A stretch of DNA of 64,000 nt from Spirochaetia bacterium (lineage in GTDB: Bacteria; Spirochaetota; Spirochaetia; CADAEX01): positions 1,312,001 through 1,376,000 of the forward strand of contig OY759746.1 in assembly GCA_963662795.1 (NCBI GenBank), in the 5' to 3' direction. The notes under the pieces were generated by a model. That model did not search any database, was not told where the DNA came from, and saw only the letters and a list, made by a program, of their open reading frames with translations. The position numbers and the translations under genes are program-made. Position 1 is the first letter of the stretch. Each line of letters starts with the position of its first letter. Below, one piece after another: positions 19,382 to 28,426 of this stretch.

Positions 19382-22004
19382 CTGATTCCCCTTCTATCTT
19401 CTCAAGAAGATGCTGCAGTTTACGGTTTACAGCTTCTCCTCCGCTGTTTTCCGGAAGGAAACTGGCAAGGTCTTTAATATAGCTGAAAGTATTTTCAATA
19501 TCGTTATTGGTAAGAATCTGCCCGCCGGTTTCTCTGACTCCGGAGGCTACCCTTGCCGCTATTTTTTCAACTGAGTCATCTTCACTGCCTGAAAGTGAGT
19601 TTAACAACCCTTTATGTCCTCTGAATCTCAGTTTGAGTGTCTCTACCTTGAGTTTCATTATGCTTTTTGTATATTTATTTTTTCTTGCGTCAACCAGAAA
19701 ATCGGTGAGTCCTTCAAGGTACTCAAGCAGGTTCGAGATATCTGCATTCACATATTCAGGATCATTTTTCAGACCCAGAAATGAAAGTCCTTCCGGCTCT
19801 TCAATCCCTTCAAATTTTTCAAGAAGCTCATCAAGATTTTCCCCGGGTTCATTTTCCTCTTCTTTGTTTTTTTCCTCTGGCATTGGCCGGGGAGGCTGCT
19901 TACGGCGTTCTATGAATGGAGGAGGGGTCTGCTGCGGAGGCGGACTGTACTGCGGCATCGGCGGGGGCTGTATAGCCGGCTGCGGCAAAGGAGAGGGCTG
20001 AAAATCCTGTAACGGGTATTCCTGCTGCGGCTGCGACTGACGGCGGCGTTCCCTAGGTGGCTGCGGATCTCTTCTCCGTTCCCGCGGAACCTGCTGCTGA
20101 TAATCATACTGAGGCGGCATGACAACCGGAGGGGAGGGGATTACAACAGGCATGGGCTGATAAATAGGCTGCTGCATCTGAGGAGCTGATTTTTCAATTG
20201 TCTCCATTACCTCTTTTCTTATTTTCTTTTCAGTCTCTTCAAAAAAACCTTCCTCATCTTCAGTATCAAAATCCTCTTCCAGGGTTTCAAGAAGATGAGT
20301 TTCCTCTTCTTCATTAATTTCGATTACCGGTTCAATCCCTCCGACATCAATAACGGGAACTTCCTCTTCATTCAGTCCGTCTACCGAACCGACAAGAAAA
20401 CTCATCGCATCCTGGGGAAGGTTTTTTTCCTGTTCCTGTTTTACATACTCTCTTACAAAATCGTTAAGCCGCTCTTCCATAACTGCGTTGTTCTGTATTT
20501 CGTATGATCTGGAGTTCTCTTCAAATGACTCAATTCCCCTGCTCAGGGATTCAATATCTATTCCAGAATCATTTTCTCCCATTTTTGACAGAACCCGCCC
20601 CGAATATTCCAGGGCTTTATCTGTCCTGCCTGTTCTTTTGTATATATCGGAATATTCAGCAACTGTATCCGGGAATTCCCTGTAATCACCCTTTAAAGAA
20701 TCAAGCACAGCAAGCGCTTCGTCATACTTTTCCTGTTCCTTGAGAACACGGCTGAGCTCAATAAGCACTTTAAGGTTTCCCGGATTATCAATGGAAATCC
20801 TGCGCAGTTCATCCTCGGCTTTATCAGGTTCTCCTTTTCTTTTGAAAAACTCCGCTTTTGCAAGTTTTATGGAAAGACTTCCCGGTGTGACAGCGTCTGC
20901 CTTATTGATATAATTTTCCGCCTTGTCAATTTCGCCTTTTTTGATATGAAATAACGCTTTAAGGGCAAAGGAAGCGGGATTATCTGTTTGAGAACTGATC
21001 ACAGAGTCAAGCAGTCCTTCCGCCTTGTCAAGTTCTCCCTTATCAATATAGACATGGGATTTGTATATCTTTATTTCAGAATCATCTGGTTTAATTGTTT
21101 CTATTCTGTTTAGCTCTTCGATGGCGCTGTCAAAATCACCGGTCTCCCTGTAAAGCTCGCTTAAGTTCAGGGAGGCCCGTTTGTATTCGGGATTGTGGGA
21201 TATCGCCTCACGGTAATAATTCCTTGCTTTTTTCTCTTCCCCGATTGATTTATAGGCAGTAGCAATATTGTTTTTTACCCTGAAATTTGCAGGTTCGATT
21301 TCAAGCGCATCGCTGAAAACCTTGATGGCTTTACCCGGCATACTTGACTTATTGTAGGCAATTCCAAGATTATTGAGGGTATCTACCCAGAGAGGCTGAT
21401 TTACAAGTGCGTGCCTGTAATTAAGTATTGCCTCATCGGAATTGCCTTTCGCATCAAGAAGTACTCCAAGGTTGTAGAGAAGCCCCGGATGATTTTCATC
21501 AATCGCAAGCCCTTTCCTTATTATTTTCTCAGCTTCTTCCGGCATATTTTTTTCGATGTAAAGAGTTCCCAGATTGTTGTGGCCCTGAACAAATTCCGGA
21601 TTTATTTTTATGGCAGACAGAAAATTTTTCTCAGCCTCATCAAGATTTCCGGCCTGTTTGTATACATTTCCAAGGTTGTAATATATATCAGCCCTGTTCT
21701 TTGCAAATCCAAGCGCTTTTTTAAGATAATGAATTGCCTGCTCTTTTTTACCAAGCTGCTTGTATATTACCCCGATGTTGCTGAAACAATCGGGATTTTC
21801 AGGAGCAATCCTGGAAGCCCTGACATAGGCACGCAGCGCCTTTTTTTTCTCATTTTTAAACGTATAAATATTGCCCAGTGTCAGATAAAGTATTTCACTG
21901 TGCGGATTTTTTTCTATTAATTGCGCTGTAATTTTCTCAGCTTCATTAAAATCTTTCAGTTTTATAAGCATCAGGGCTTTTTCAAACAGCTCTCCGTTTT
22001 TCAC
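19368..22004 (-). CDS. Large TPR protein with acidic and Pro/Gln-rich linker
   Basis: More than 12 TPRs (YNLGNVY, NNLGTLY etc.) around aa 1-475, then an acidic stretch and PPPMPQYSPPPQQTPPP low-complexity region. Confidence 0.85.
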   Translation of the reverse strand: MKNGELFEKALMLIKLKDFNEAEKITAQLIEKNPHSEILYLTLGNIYTFKNEKKKALRAYVRASRIAPENPDCFSNIGVIYKQLGKKEQAIHYLKKALGFAKNRADIYYNLGNVYKQAGNLDEAEKNFLSAIKINPEFVQGHNNLGTLYIEKNMPEEAEKIIRKGLAIDENHPGLLYNLGVLLDAKGNSDEAILNYRHALVNQPLWVDTLNNLGIAYNKSSMPGKAIKVFSDALEIEPANFRVKNNIATAYKSIGEEKKARNYYREAISHNPEYKRASLNLSELYRETGDFDSAIEELNRIETIKPDDSEIKIYKSHVYIDKGELDKAEGLLDSVISSQTDNPASFALKALFHIKKGEIDKAENYINKADAVTPGSLSIKLAKAEFFKRKGEPDKAEDELRRISIDNPGNLKVLIELSRVLKEQEKYDEALAVLDSLKGDYREFPDTVAEYSDIYKRTGRTDKALEYSGRVLSKMGENDSGIDIESLSRGIESFEENSRSYEIQNNAVMEERLNDFVREYVKQEQEKNLPQDAMSFLVGSVDGLNEEEVPVIDVGGIEPVIEINEEEETHLLETLEEDFDTEDEEGFFEETEKKIRKEVMETIEKSAPQMQQPIYQPMPVVIPSPPVVMPPQYDYQQQVPRERRRDPQPPRERRRQSQPQQEYPLQDFQPSPLPQPAIQPPPMPQYSPPPQQTPPPFIERRKQPPRPMPEEKNKEEENEPGENLDELLEKFEGIEEPEGLSFLGLKNDPEYVNADISNLLEYLEGLTDFLVDARKNKYTKSIMKLKVETLKLRFRGHKGLLNSLSGSEDDSVEKIAARVASGVRETGGQILTNNDIENTFSYIKDLASFLPENSGGEAVNRKLQHLLEKIEGESDGQQ

Positions 22005-23503
22005 CTGATATCCCCGCTTGAAGCAAGAGGCCGTGCGCTTGTCTCTTCAGAAAAACGCCCCCCCTCTTTTATGATGGCTGATCCGAAACTGGAAGCAGTA
22101 TTATAATACGAAACTACAGAAAAATAGTAGATTCTTCCGTTTTCAAGATTATTAATTACAACTTCATTTTCTTTTCCCGTATCTATGGGAGATGAGAGGC
22201 CGCTGCCTGAAGAGCCGAAATATTTTCCCGGTCTTTCCCCGAAATATACATAATATCCGCCAAGGTCAGGATCTGCAATCTCATTCCATTTAACCCTTAC
22301 CTTTCCATCGCCGGCTTCCGCCCTTACTGTCTGCGGCGGCGGGGGCGGAGTTTTCTGGTCATACCTTATCTTTATCCAGGAGATGGATGGAGAAGAATTC
22401 ATTTCTCCGTCAGAATACAAATCAGCCTTGATCCTTAAAAACCTTCCTCCTTCAGCATTTATAAAACCGGGAGTGAATTTTTTCCATTCAGGTGAATTTT
22501 CCGGAGGTATCTGTTTAAAATCATCAAGAAAATAATAATATTGTATATCAGTACCGCGGGGCACAAATGACCTTGTTTCTATATTGAAGACAGAAGATTT
22601 GCTGTGACCGATATCAAGCGGCCGGGAAATATAAACACCTGAATAGTCCCTGAATTTTGAAAGCCTGTAGTCATCAACCCATGCGAGTTTCAGCCTGAGC
22701 TCATCAATAAGACCTGTAAAATTATCTCCGATAATTATCCGCCCTTTCTCCCCTGAATAAAAGGGATAGTATTCTCCGGTTTCCCGTTCAGCCTTGTTGG
22801 CATAAATCGATGCATCAGGTATTCCGTCTACGAGATATTCCATCAGACCGGTTAAAGAGCTGTAGCGCAGCAGATGATGCGACCATTTACCGGGAACAAG
22901 TCTCCTGCTTCCCGAAAGCATCAGCTCAAACTGACTGCTGTCTGAAGGGAGAAAAAAGTTTCTGATATTCCATATGACTTTTCTGTCCTGGAAATAGCAT
23001 TTAAAAAACTGGGGGATCAGATTGCCGCCCCTGTTTGTGTAACTGTCGAAGAAGAAGATTGTTTCACTGTCAGTAAAATTCTGTCCGTAAATCCAGAATT
23101 CAATGGAGAAATCGCCGGAGTATACCTTACCGGGGAATATTGATCTCGTTTCTCTCCTGTCAAGAACGACCGCTTCCCTTTCTCCGTTGAAAAGACCGGC
23201 GCCTGAGCCGTATTTTTTCCTTCCTGTCGAAATTGAGGCTTTATTTTCTGTAACATTAAAATTCCCTGCTGAATCGGTCAGGGTGCCTTCATTAAAATGA
23301 ACCAGCAGTTCTGTCAGGCTGTCGGGGCTGTACTCACCCCCTCTTATTACAAGGGAGTTCTCCCCTGCCTGATTTTTATTGAGCTCAATATTTTCAATTC
23401 TTTCTGCCTTCCACTCTTCTCCTCCGAGAAGAAGCTCCCTTTCAACTGGGAAAAGGGAAATCGCAGGCAGTATAAATAAAAACAGTATTTTTTTCACTGG
23501 CAA
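22001..23503 (-). CDS. Secreted LamG-like jellyroll + fibronectin type III protein
   Basis: Signal peptide, DFSIEFW, WSH, YLVDG, FTGLIDELR (LamG); PPPP..V....GDGKV.V.W, L.NG..YYF.V.SY (FN3). Confidence 0.8.
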   Translation of the reverse strand: MPVKKILFLFILPAISLFPVERELLLGGEEWKAERIENIELNKNQAGENSLVIRGGEYSPDSLTELLVHFNEGTLTDSAGNFNVTENKASISTGRKKYGSGAGLFNGEREAVVLDRRETRSIFPGKVYSGDFSIEFWIYGQNFTDSETIFFFDSYTNRGGNLIPQFFKCYFQDRKVIWNIRNFFLPSDSSQFELMLSGSRRLVPGKWSHHLLRYSSLTGLMEYLVDGIPDASIYANKAERETGEYYPFYSGEKGRIIIGDNFTGLIDELRLKLAWVDDYRLSKFRDYSGVYISRPLDIGHSKSSVFNIETRSFVPRGTDIQYYYFLDDFKQIPPENSPEWKKFTPGFINAEGGRFLRIKADLYSDGEMNSSPSISWIKIRYDQKTPPPPPQTVRAEAGDGKVRVKWNEIADPDLGGYYVYFGERPGKYFGSSGSGLSSPIDTGKENEVVINNLENGRIYYFSVVSYYNTASSFGSAIIKEGGRFSEETSARPLASSGDIR

Positions 23504-23622
23504 AATTCTCTTTAGTTCTGTAATTTATATAAGGGAGCCTGTAACATCCGGTACAGAACCTTCCCGGGCAATGCCTGAGAGGGCGTTTCCCTTAATAGAC
23601 CTTATAAAAATTATCGGAATAA

Positions 23623-25455
23623 ATGGAAAATTTAAAAGCAAATAGAGCTAAACTTGAAGAAACCATAAAAGAACTGCCTGAAAATCCCGGTGTATATATG
23701 ATGAAAAACAGTAAAAATGACATCATATATGTCGGAAAAGCCAAAAATTTAAAATCAAGGGTTAAATCCTATTTTTCAACATCTGCGAAAAAAGAGTTAA
23801 AGACATCCCATCTTGTCAAAAGAATACATTCCATCGAGATAATAACAACCGGAACAGAGTACGAAGCCCTGATTCTTGAGAATAATCTTATAAAAAAATG
23901 GAAACCCAGGTATAACATAAGCCTCAAAGACAATAAAACATTTCCTGTAATAAGGGTTACAAATGAGGATTTTCCAAGGGTATTCAGAACCAGAAGAATA
24001 ATAGAAGACGGGTCTCTCTATTTCGGGCCCTATCCGGACGTAAAAAGCATTGATACATATCTTGAGCTGATAAAAAAAAGGTTTAAAATCAGAAAGTGCA
24101 GGGAAATACCACTTAAAAAGCGGAAAGCCCCATGCCTTTACTATCACATAGGACAGTGCAATGCCCCCTGTACAGGAGCCGCTGATAAAAAAGAGTATAA
24201 TTCCGAAATAAAAACAATAACAAAAATCCTTACAGGGAAAACCTCATCACTGATAAAAGAGTTTGAAAAAGAGATGAAAAAAGCGTCTTCCGCGCTTGAT
24301 TATGAAAAAGCGGCCAGGTTCAGGGACCTTATCTCTTCAATAAGAATTATTACAGACGAGCAGAAAGTGCAGGATTTCAGCAGCGGAAAAAAAGATTACA
24401 TTTCTCTTTTAAGCAGCGGTGAGAACAGTGCCGCAGTTGTGCTTCAGGTAAGGGATGGGAAACTGTCGGGAAAATCAGTTTTCACATTTACAAGCTATTC
24501 AGACACCACAGAAGACATGACCCGGTTCCTCATACAGTATTATACGGATTATTTCAGGGAAACAGAGGCCGCAGCCCTCGTTCCCGAGAGGATAGTTTTG
24601 AACATCCTTCCGGAGACTGATCTTGTTGAAAGGTTTTTTCTCGAAAAAATATCAGTTCCTTTCAATCCGGCCCTTCCTGCTGATGATAAAGAAGCTTCAA
24701 TAATGAAAATGGCTGAAGAGAACTGCAGACTTGAACTTATGAACAGGGAAAAACAGGCCTCAACAGCAGAAGCGCTCAAAGAACTTAAAAACAGACTCGG
24801 GCTGAACAGGATTCCTGTCCGGATAGAAGGTTTTGACATTGCCCATCTCGCGGGAAAACATACTGCAGCATCAATGGTCTCGTTCCATAACGGGAAGCCT
24901 GACAAGGCAGAATACAGAATATTCCGTATTAAAAGCCTTCCTGAATTCGGGATTGATGATTATGCTTCCATCAGGGAAGCGGTCGCCAGGCGCTATACCA
25001 GGCTGAAAAACGAATCTTTTCCGCTTCCCGACCTGGTCCTTATAGACGGGGGAAAAGGCCAGCTGAACGCTGCTCTTGGAATATTTGAAGCTCTGGGGAT
25101 AAAAGAAATAAATGTCGCATCCCTTGCCAAACAGGAAGAACTGTTATTTGTCCCCGGTATGGATAAAGCTGTAAAACTTGAGGAAGGCTCTCCTGCCCTG
25201 AGAATAGTTCAGCATGTAAGGGATGAGGCACACCGTTTCGCAACAACATTCAACAAAAATATGAGAAAAAAAGAGGTTTCATTCTCGCTGCTTGAAGAAA
25301 TTCCAGGGATAGGCGCGGAAAGAAGCAAAAAGCTTATCAGCGAGTTCGGTAGTGTTGAAAATATAAGAAATGCAGATATCTACTCAATATCTCAGAGGGC
25401 AGGAATCCCTCTTAAAGCAGCTGAGGCAGTAATAGAATATCTTAAGGGAATCTGA
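23623..25455 (+). CDS. uvrC: Excinuclease ABC subunit C
   Basis: PGVY..IYVGKAKNL..RV GIY-YIG domain, UVR motif, IEGFDIAH, DGGKGQL, RDEAHRFA, HhH. Confidence 0.97.
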   Translation: MENLKANRAKLEETIKELPENPGVYMMKNSKNDIIYVGKAKNLKSRVKSYFSTSAKKELKTSHLVKRIHSIEIITTGTEYEALILENNLIKKWKPRYNISLKDNKTFPVIRVTNEDFPRVFRTRRIIEDGSLYFGPYPDVKSIDTYLELIKKRFKIRKCREIPLKKRKAPCLYYHIGQCNAPCTGAADKKEYNSEIKTITKILTGKTSSLIKEFEKEMKKASSALDYEKAARFRDLISSIRIITDEQKVQDFSSGKKDYISLLSSGENSAAVVLQVRDGKLSGKSVFTFTSYSDTTEDMTRFLIQYYTDYFRETEAAALVPERIVLNILPETDLVERFFLEKISVPFNPALPADDKEASIMKMAEENCRLELMNREKQASTAEALKELKNRLGLNRIPVRIEGFDIAHLAGKHTAASMVSFHNGKPDKAEYRIFRIKSLPEFGIDDYASIREAVARRYTRLKNESFPLPDLVLIDGGKGQLNAALGIFEALGIKEINVASLAKQEELLFVPGMDKAVKLEEGSPALRIVQHVRDEAHRFATTFNKNMRKKEVSFSLLEEIPGIGAERSKKLISEFGSVENIRNADIYSISQRAGIPLKAAEAVIEYLKGI

Positions 25456-26461
25456 AATGAGAAGTATGAGAGCTTTTCGCGTCGATATTTTTTCCCTTGC
25501 AGATAATAACTGAATAGAGAAAAACAGGAAACATGACATGCTGTATCTCGACTCTGGTTGATCGGAATAAAAAATCATAATACGATATAAGCACTATAAT
25601 ATTCTCAAGATCAGATACAGAATAATTGGAAGATGCATCAGAATAAACACTCTGCCTTTTTTTCCCTCGTATATTCATCATCAGACATGCATCAGAAAAT
25701 GATTTCTTTTTATCAAGCAGTTTTAAAAAATTATAGAGATTTCTAAACTGCCATAAAAGCCCGCCGAGAATTCTCACAGGGCTGCCGTCCGATGAAAGTA
25801 TTACAGTCTGCGATGCCTCAACTGATTTTTTAAAATCTCCTGATGCAATATAGTCGAACAGGGTAAAGACATTTTCCTCTTTCCTGTTATGAAAAAAATC
25901 AGCAATTCTCTCTTCAGTAATTACTTCATCAGCATTAAAATAGATGGCAAGGTTGGAGCATTCCTTTTTCAGCGTTTCGCTGTCTCCCTCAAGCATATCA
26001 ATCAGAAAATCAACTGCGCTGCTTTCAATCGTAAGCTTTTCCTTATGGAAAAACTGGATTACCCACCCCTTTTTTTTGCTGTCAAACATTTCCCAGAATA
26101 TTTTCCGGCATGAGGATGGAATATTTTTTTCAATTAAAGGATCAGCTTTCATCTCCTCTGTCTGCAGAATCAGAAAAGCATCTTCTGAAGGTTTTTTCAG
26201 ATAATCAGCAATAATTGATGCGTCTTTTTTCCTGAGATCATGGCAGTTTTTGATAAGAACAATCTTTGCAGGAGCAAACAGGGAAATATTTCTGAGCAGG
26301 GCAATAACATCAGAGGCATCCTTATCATAGGGGTAGAAGCTGTATTCATCCGGGGGAGCGCCGTATATTGCCGTGATATTGTTCTTTATTGATGCGGCAA
26401 AGTCGTTTTTCTCTCCTGTTTCAGGTCCGAGAAGAAGCCAGGCAGGTGCGGGTTTAGTCAT
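25442..26461 (-). CDS. holA: DNA polymerase III delta subunit
   Basis: WLLLGPE, SLFA..KIV, NVFTLFD pattern; 339 aa. Confidence 0.85.
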   Translation of the reverse strand: MTKPAPAWLLLGPETGEKNDFAASIKNNITAIYGAPPDEYSFYPYDKDASDVIALLRNISLFAPAKIVLIKNCHDLRKKDASIIADYLKKPSEDAFLILQTEEMKADPLIEKNIPSSCRKIFWEMFDSKKKGWVIQFFHKEKLTIESSAVDFLIDMLEGDSETLKKECSNLAIYFNADEVITEERIADFFHNRKEENVFTLFDYIASGDFKKSVEASQTVILSSDGSPVRILGGLLWQFRNLYNFLKLLDKKKSFSDACLMMNIRGKKRQSVYSDASSNYSVSDLENIIVLISYYDFLFRSTRVEIQHVMFPVFLYSVIICKGKNIDAKSSHTSHFRFP

Positions 26462-27056
26462 AATTTCTCACCAGGCATACAAGTTTTCCAAGTATCCTCA
26501 CGTTCTGTGTATAAATAGGTGGGTAGACAGGGTTCTCTGCTTTCAGTTTTATCCTGTTTGTTTCCCTGTAAAACCGTTTAAGGGTAACTGCCTCATCATT
26601 CAGAAGGGCGACAACAATGTTCCCGTTTTCCGCTGTCACCTGATGAACTATCAGTGCTGTATCTCCCTCAAGTATTCCCGCGTCCTTCATGCTGTCCCCT
26701 TTTACCTTAAGGGCGAAATGCTGCCCTTTTTTGAGATACCGGACAGGGACAGGTATATAGCCGTCAAGATTTTCTTCGGAAAGGAGAGGTACTCCTGCCG
26801 CGACATTGCCCAGAAGAGGGACATTTATTACTTCATCAACATCAAAATTTTCCGCAACTTCGATGGCACGCGAACGGCGGAGATTGCATTTTATGCTTTC
26901 TTTTTTTTCAAGCGCTTTAAGGTGGTCGTAGGCCCCTTTTACAGAAATACTGAAGAATTCAGCTATTTCCCTGATTGTCGGCGGATAAGAATTTTTATTC
27001 CTGTAATCCTTGATAAAATCAAGTACTTCTGCCTGCCTCTTTGTAAGAGTTTTCAT
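26454..27056 (-). CDS. lexA: SOS repressor LexA
   Basis: LTKRQ..., PPTIREI, VAAG cleavage site, GDSM catalytic Ser, TLKR catalytic Lys. Confidence 0.96.
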   Translation of the reverse strand: MKTLTKRQAEVLDFIKDYRNKNSYPPTIREIAEFFSISVKGAYDHLKALEKKESIKCNLRRSRAIEVAENFDVDEVINVPLLGNVAAGVPLLSEENLDGYIPVPVRYLKKGQHFALKVKGDSMKDAGILEGDTALIVHQVTAENGNIVVALLNDEAVTLKRFYRETNRIKLKAENPVYPPIYTQNVRILGKLVCLVRNYD

Positions 27057-28426
27057 TTTAAATTTATTCCCAGTTTTTTTAATTTCTGATGAAGGTTCCC
27101 CGGGTACATACCCAGTTCCTGCGCTGTCTTAGTTATATTATAACTGTTTTTCTCAAGTTTATTAACAAGAAATTTTCTTTCAAACAGTTCTTTGGCATCA
27201 TTAAGGTTCAATTCAGCATCAATTCCGCCGATGTGCGCCTCTGTTGCAGATTTTTTATTTGAAGAAACAGGACAGTCAGGTTCTCCAAGATAAAAAGCTG
27301 TTGTTTCTGCTGAAACGACAGTCTCATCTGTCATTACTGATATCCTCTGTATAAAATTCTTAAGTTCCCTTATGTTTCCGGGCCACCGGTACTCCTGCAT
27401 AAGAGCAATACCCTCAGGAGAGACTGACTTTTCATTTTTATTGTATTTCTTAAGAAAATATTCAACCAGATCGGGGATATCGGTTTTCCTTTCCCTTAAA
27501 GGGGGAAGATTAATCGGAATTACATTAAGCCTGAAATAAAGGTCCTCCCTGAATCTGCCATTCCTGACTTCGTTAAATATATCGCGGTTAGTTGCCGCAA
27601 GTATCCTGACATTGACCTGTGTGCTTTTTTCGCTTCCAACTCTCTCAAACCTCATCTCCTGAATTGCCCTTAAAACCTTTGCCTGGGCATTTAAGGACAT
27701 GTCCGCAACCTCATCAAGAAAGAGAGTTCCCCTGTCCGCAACTTCAAATTTCCCGCGCCGGCCTGCGACAGCTCCGGTAAAAGAGCCTTTTTCATGCCCG
27801 AAAAGCTCGCTTTCAATCAGTGTATCAGGAATTGAAGCACAGTTTACTTCAACAAACGGAAAATCCTTTCTTCGGCTTCTTCTGTGTATCTCCCTGGCAA
27901 CCAGTTCTTTTCCTGTCCCGTTTTCGCCAAGTATCATTACACTGACATCAGAAGCAGATACCTGCTCAATGATTTTCCATATTTTATCCATTTCAGGGCC
28001 TGAACCAGTCATCCGGTCCTCAATAAACAGGGACTCTTTAAGCTCCCTGTTTTCCTTCCTGAGTTTCTCAAGCGCAAGCGCGTTTTTTACTACGGTTACA
28101 ACCTTGTCCAGGGAAAGCGGTTTTTCAAGAAAATCAAACGCCCCTTTTTTGACAGCCTTTACCGCCATATCAATGTTTCCGTGCCCCGAGATAACCACAA
28201 CTTCAAGGTCAGGCCTGCCTATTTTAAGCTTGTCCAGAACTTCCATTCCTCCCATTCCGGGGAGCCAGACGTCAAGAATTACGAGATCATAATTTCCATC
28301 TTCCGCTTTTGACAGCCCCTCGAGTCCGTCTTTTGCGCTGTCAACAGAATAGCCTTCATCCTCAAGAATACCTGAAAGGACTTCCCTTATATTTTCTTCA
28401 TCATCTACTATCAGTATTTTATTCAT
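27053..28426 (-). CDS. Sigma54-dependent response regulator (NtrX/NtrC family)
   Basis: REC (ILIVDDE, DVWLP), AAA+ GENGTGKE, GSFTGA, FLDEV, WPGNIREL, Fis-type HTH; start refined to ATG 28426. Confidence 0.92.
   Translation of the reverse strand: MNKILIVDDEENIREVLSGILEDEGYSVDSAKDGLEGLSKAEDGNYDLVILDVWLPGMGGMEVLDKLKIGRPDLEVVVISGHGNIDMAVKAVKKGAFDFLEKPLSLDKVVTVVKNALALEKLRKENRELKESLFIEDRMTGSGPEMDKIWKIIEQVSASDVSVMILGENGTGKELVAREIHRRSRRKDFPFVEVNCASIPDTLIESELFGHEKGSFTGAVAGRRGKFEVADRGTLFLDEVADMSLNAQAKVLRAIQEMRFERVGSEKSTQVNVRILAATNRDIFNEVRNGRFREDLYFRLNVIPINLPPLRERKTDIPDLVEYFLKKYNKNEKSVSPEGIALMQEYRWPGNIRELKNFIQRISVMTDETVVSAETTAFYLGEPDCPVSSNKKSATEAHIGGIDAELNLNDAKELFERKFLVNKLEKNSYNITKTAQELGMYPGNLHQKLKKLGINLK

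Noticed and set aside
9424-19400. Prophage, integrative element or IS at tRNA-Leu
   Set aside because: No integrase, transposase, phage gene or attR duplication found by eye
26373-27089. Long antisense ORFs (238 aa opposite lexA, 209 aa opposite hisA, 197 aa opposite the sigma54 activator, 198-205 aa opposite MBL/HDOD)
   Set aside because: They lie opposite well-supported genes, show no recognisable motifs and are expected shadow ORFs
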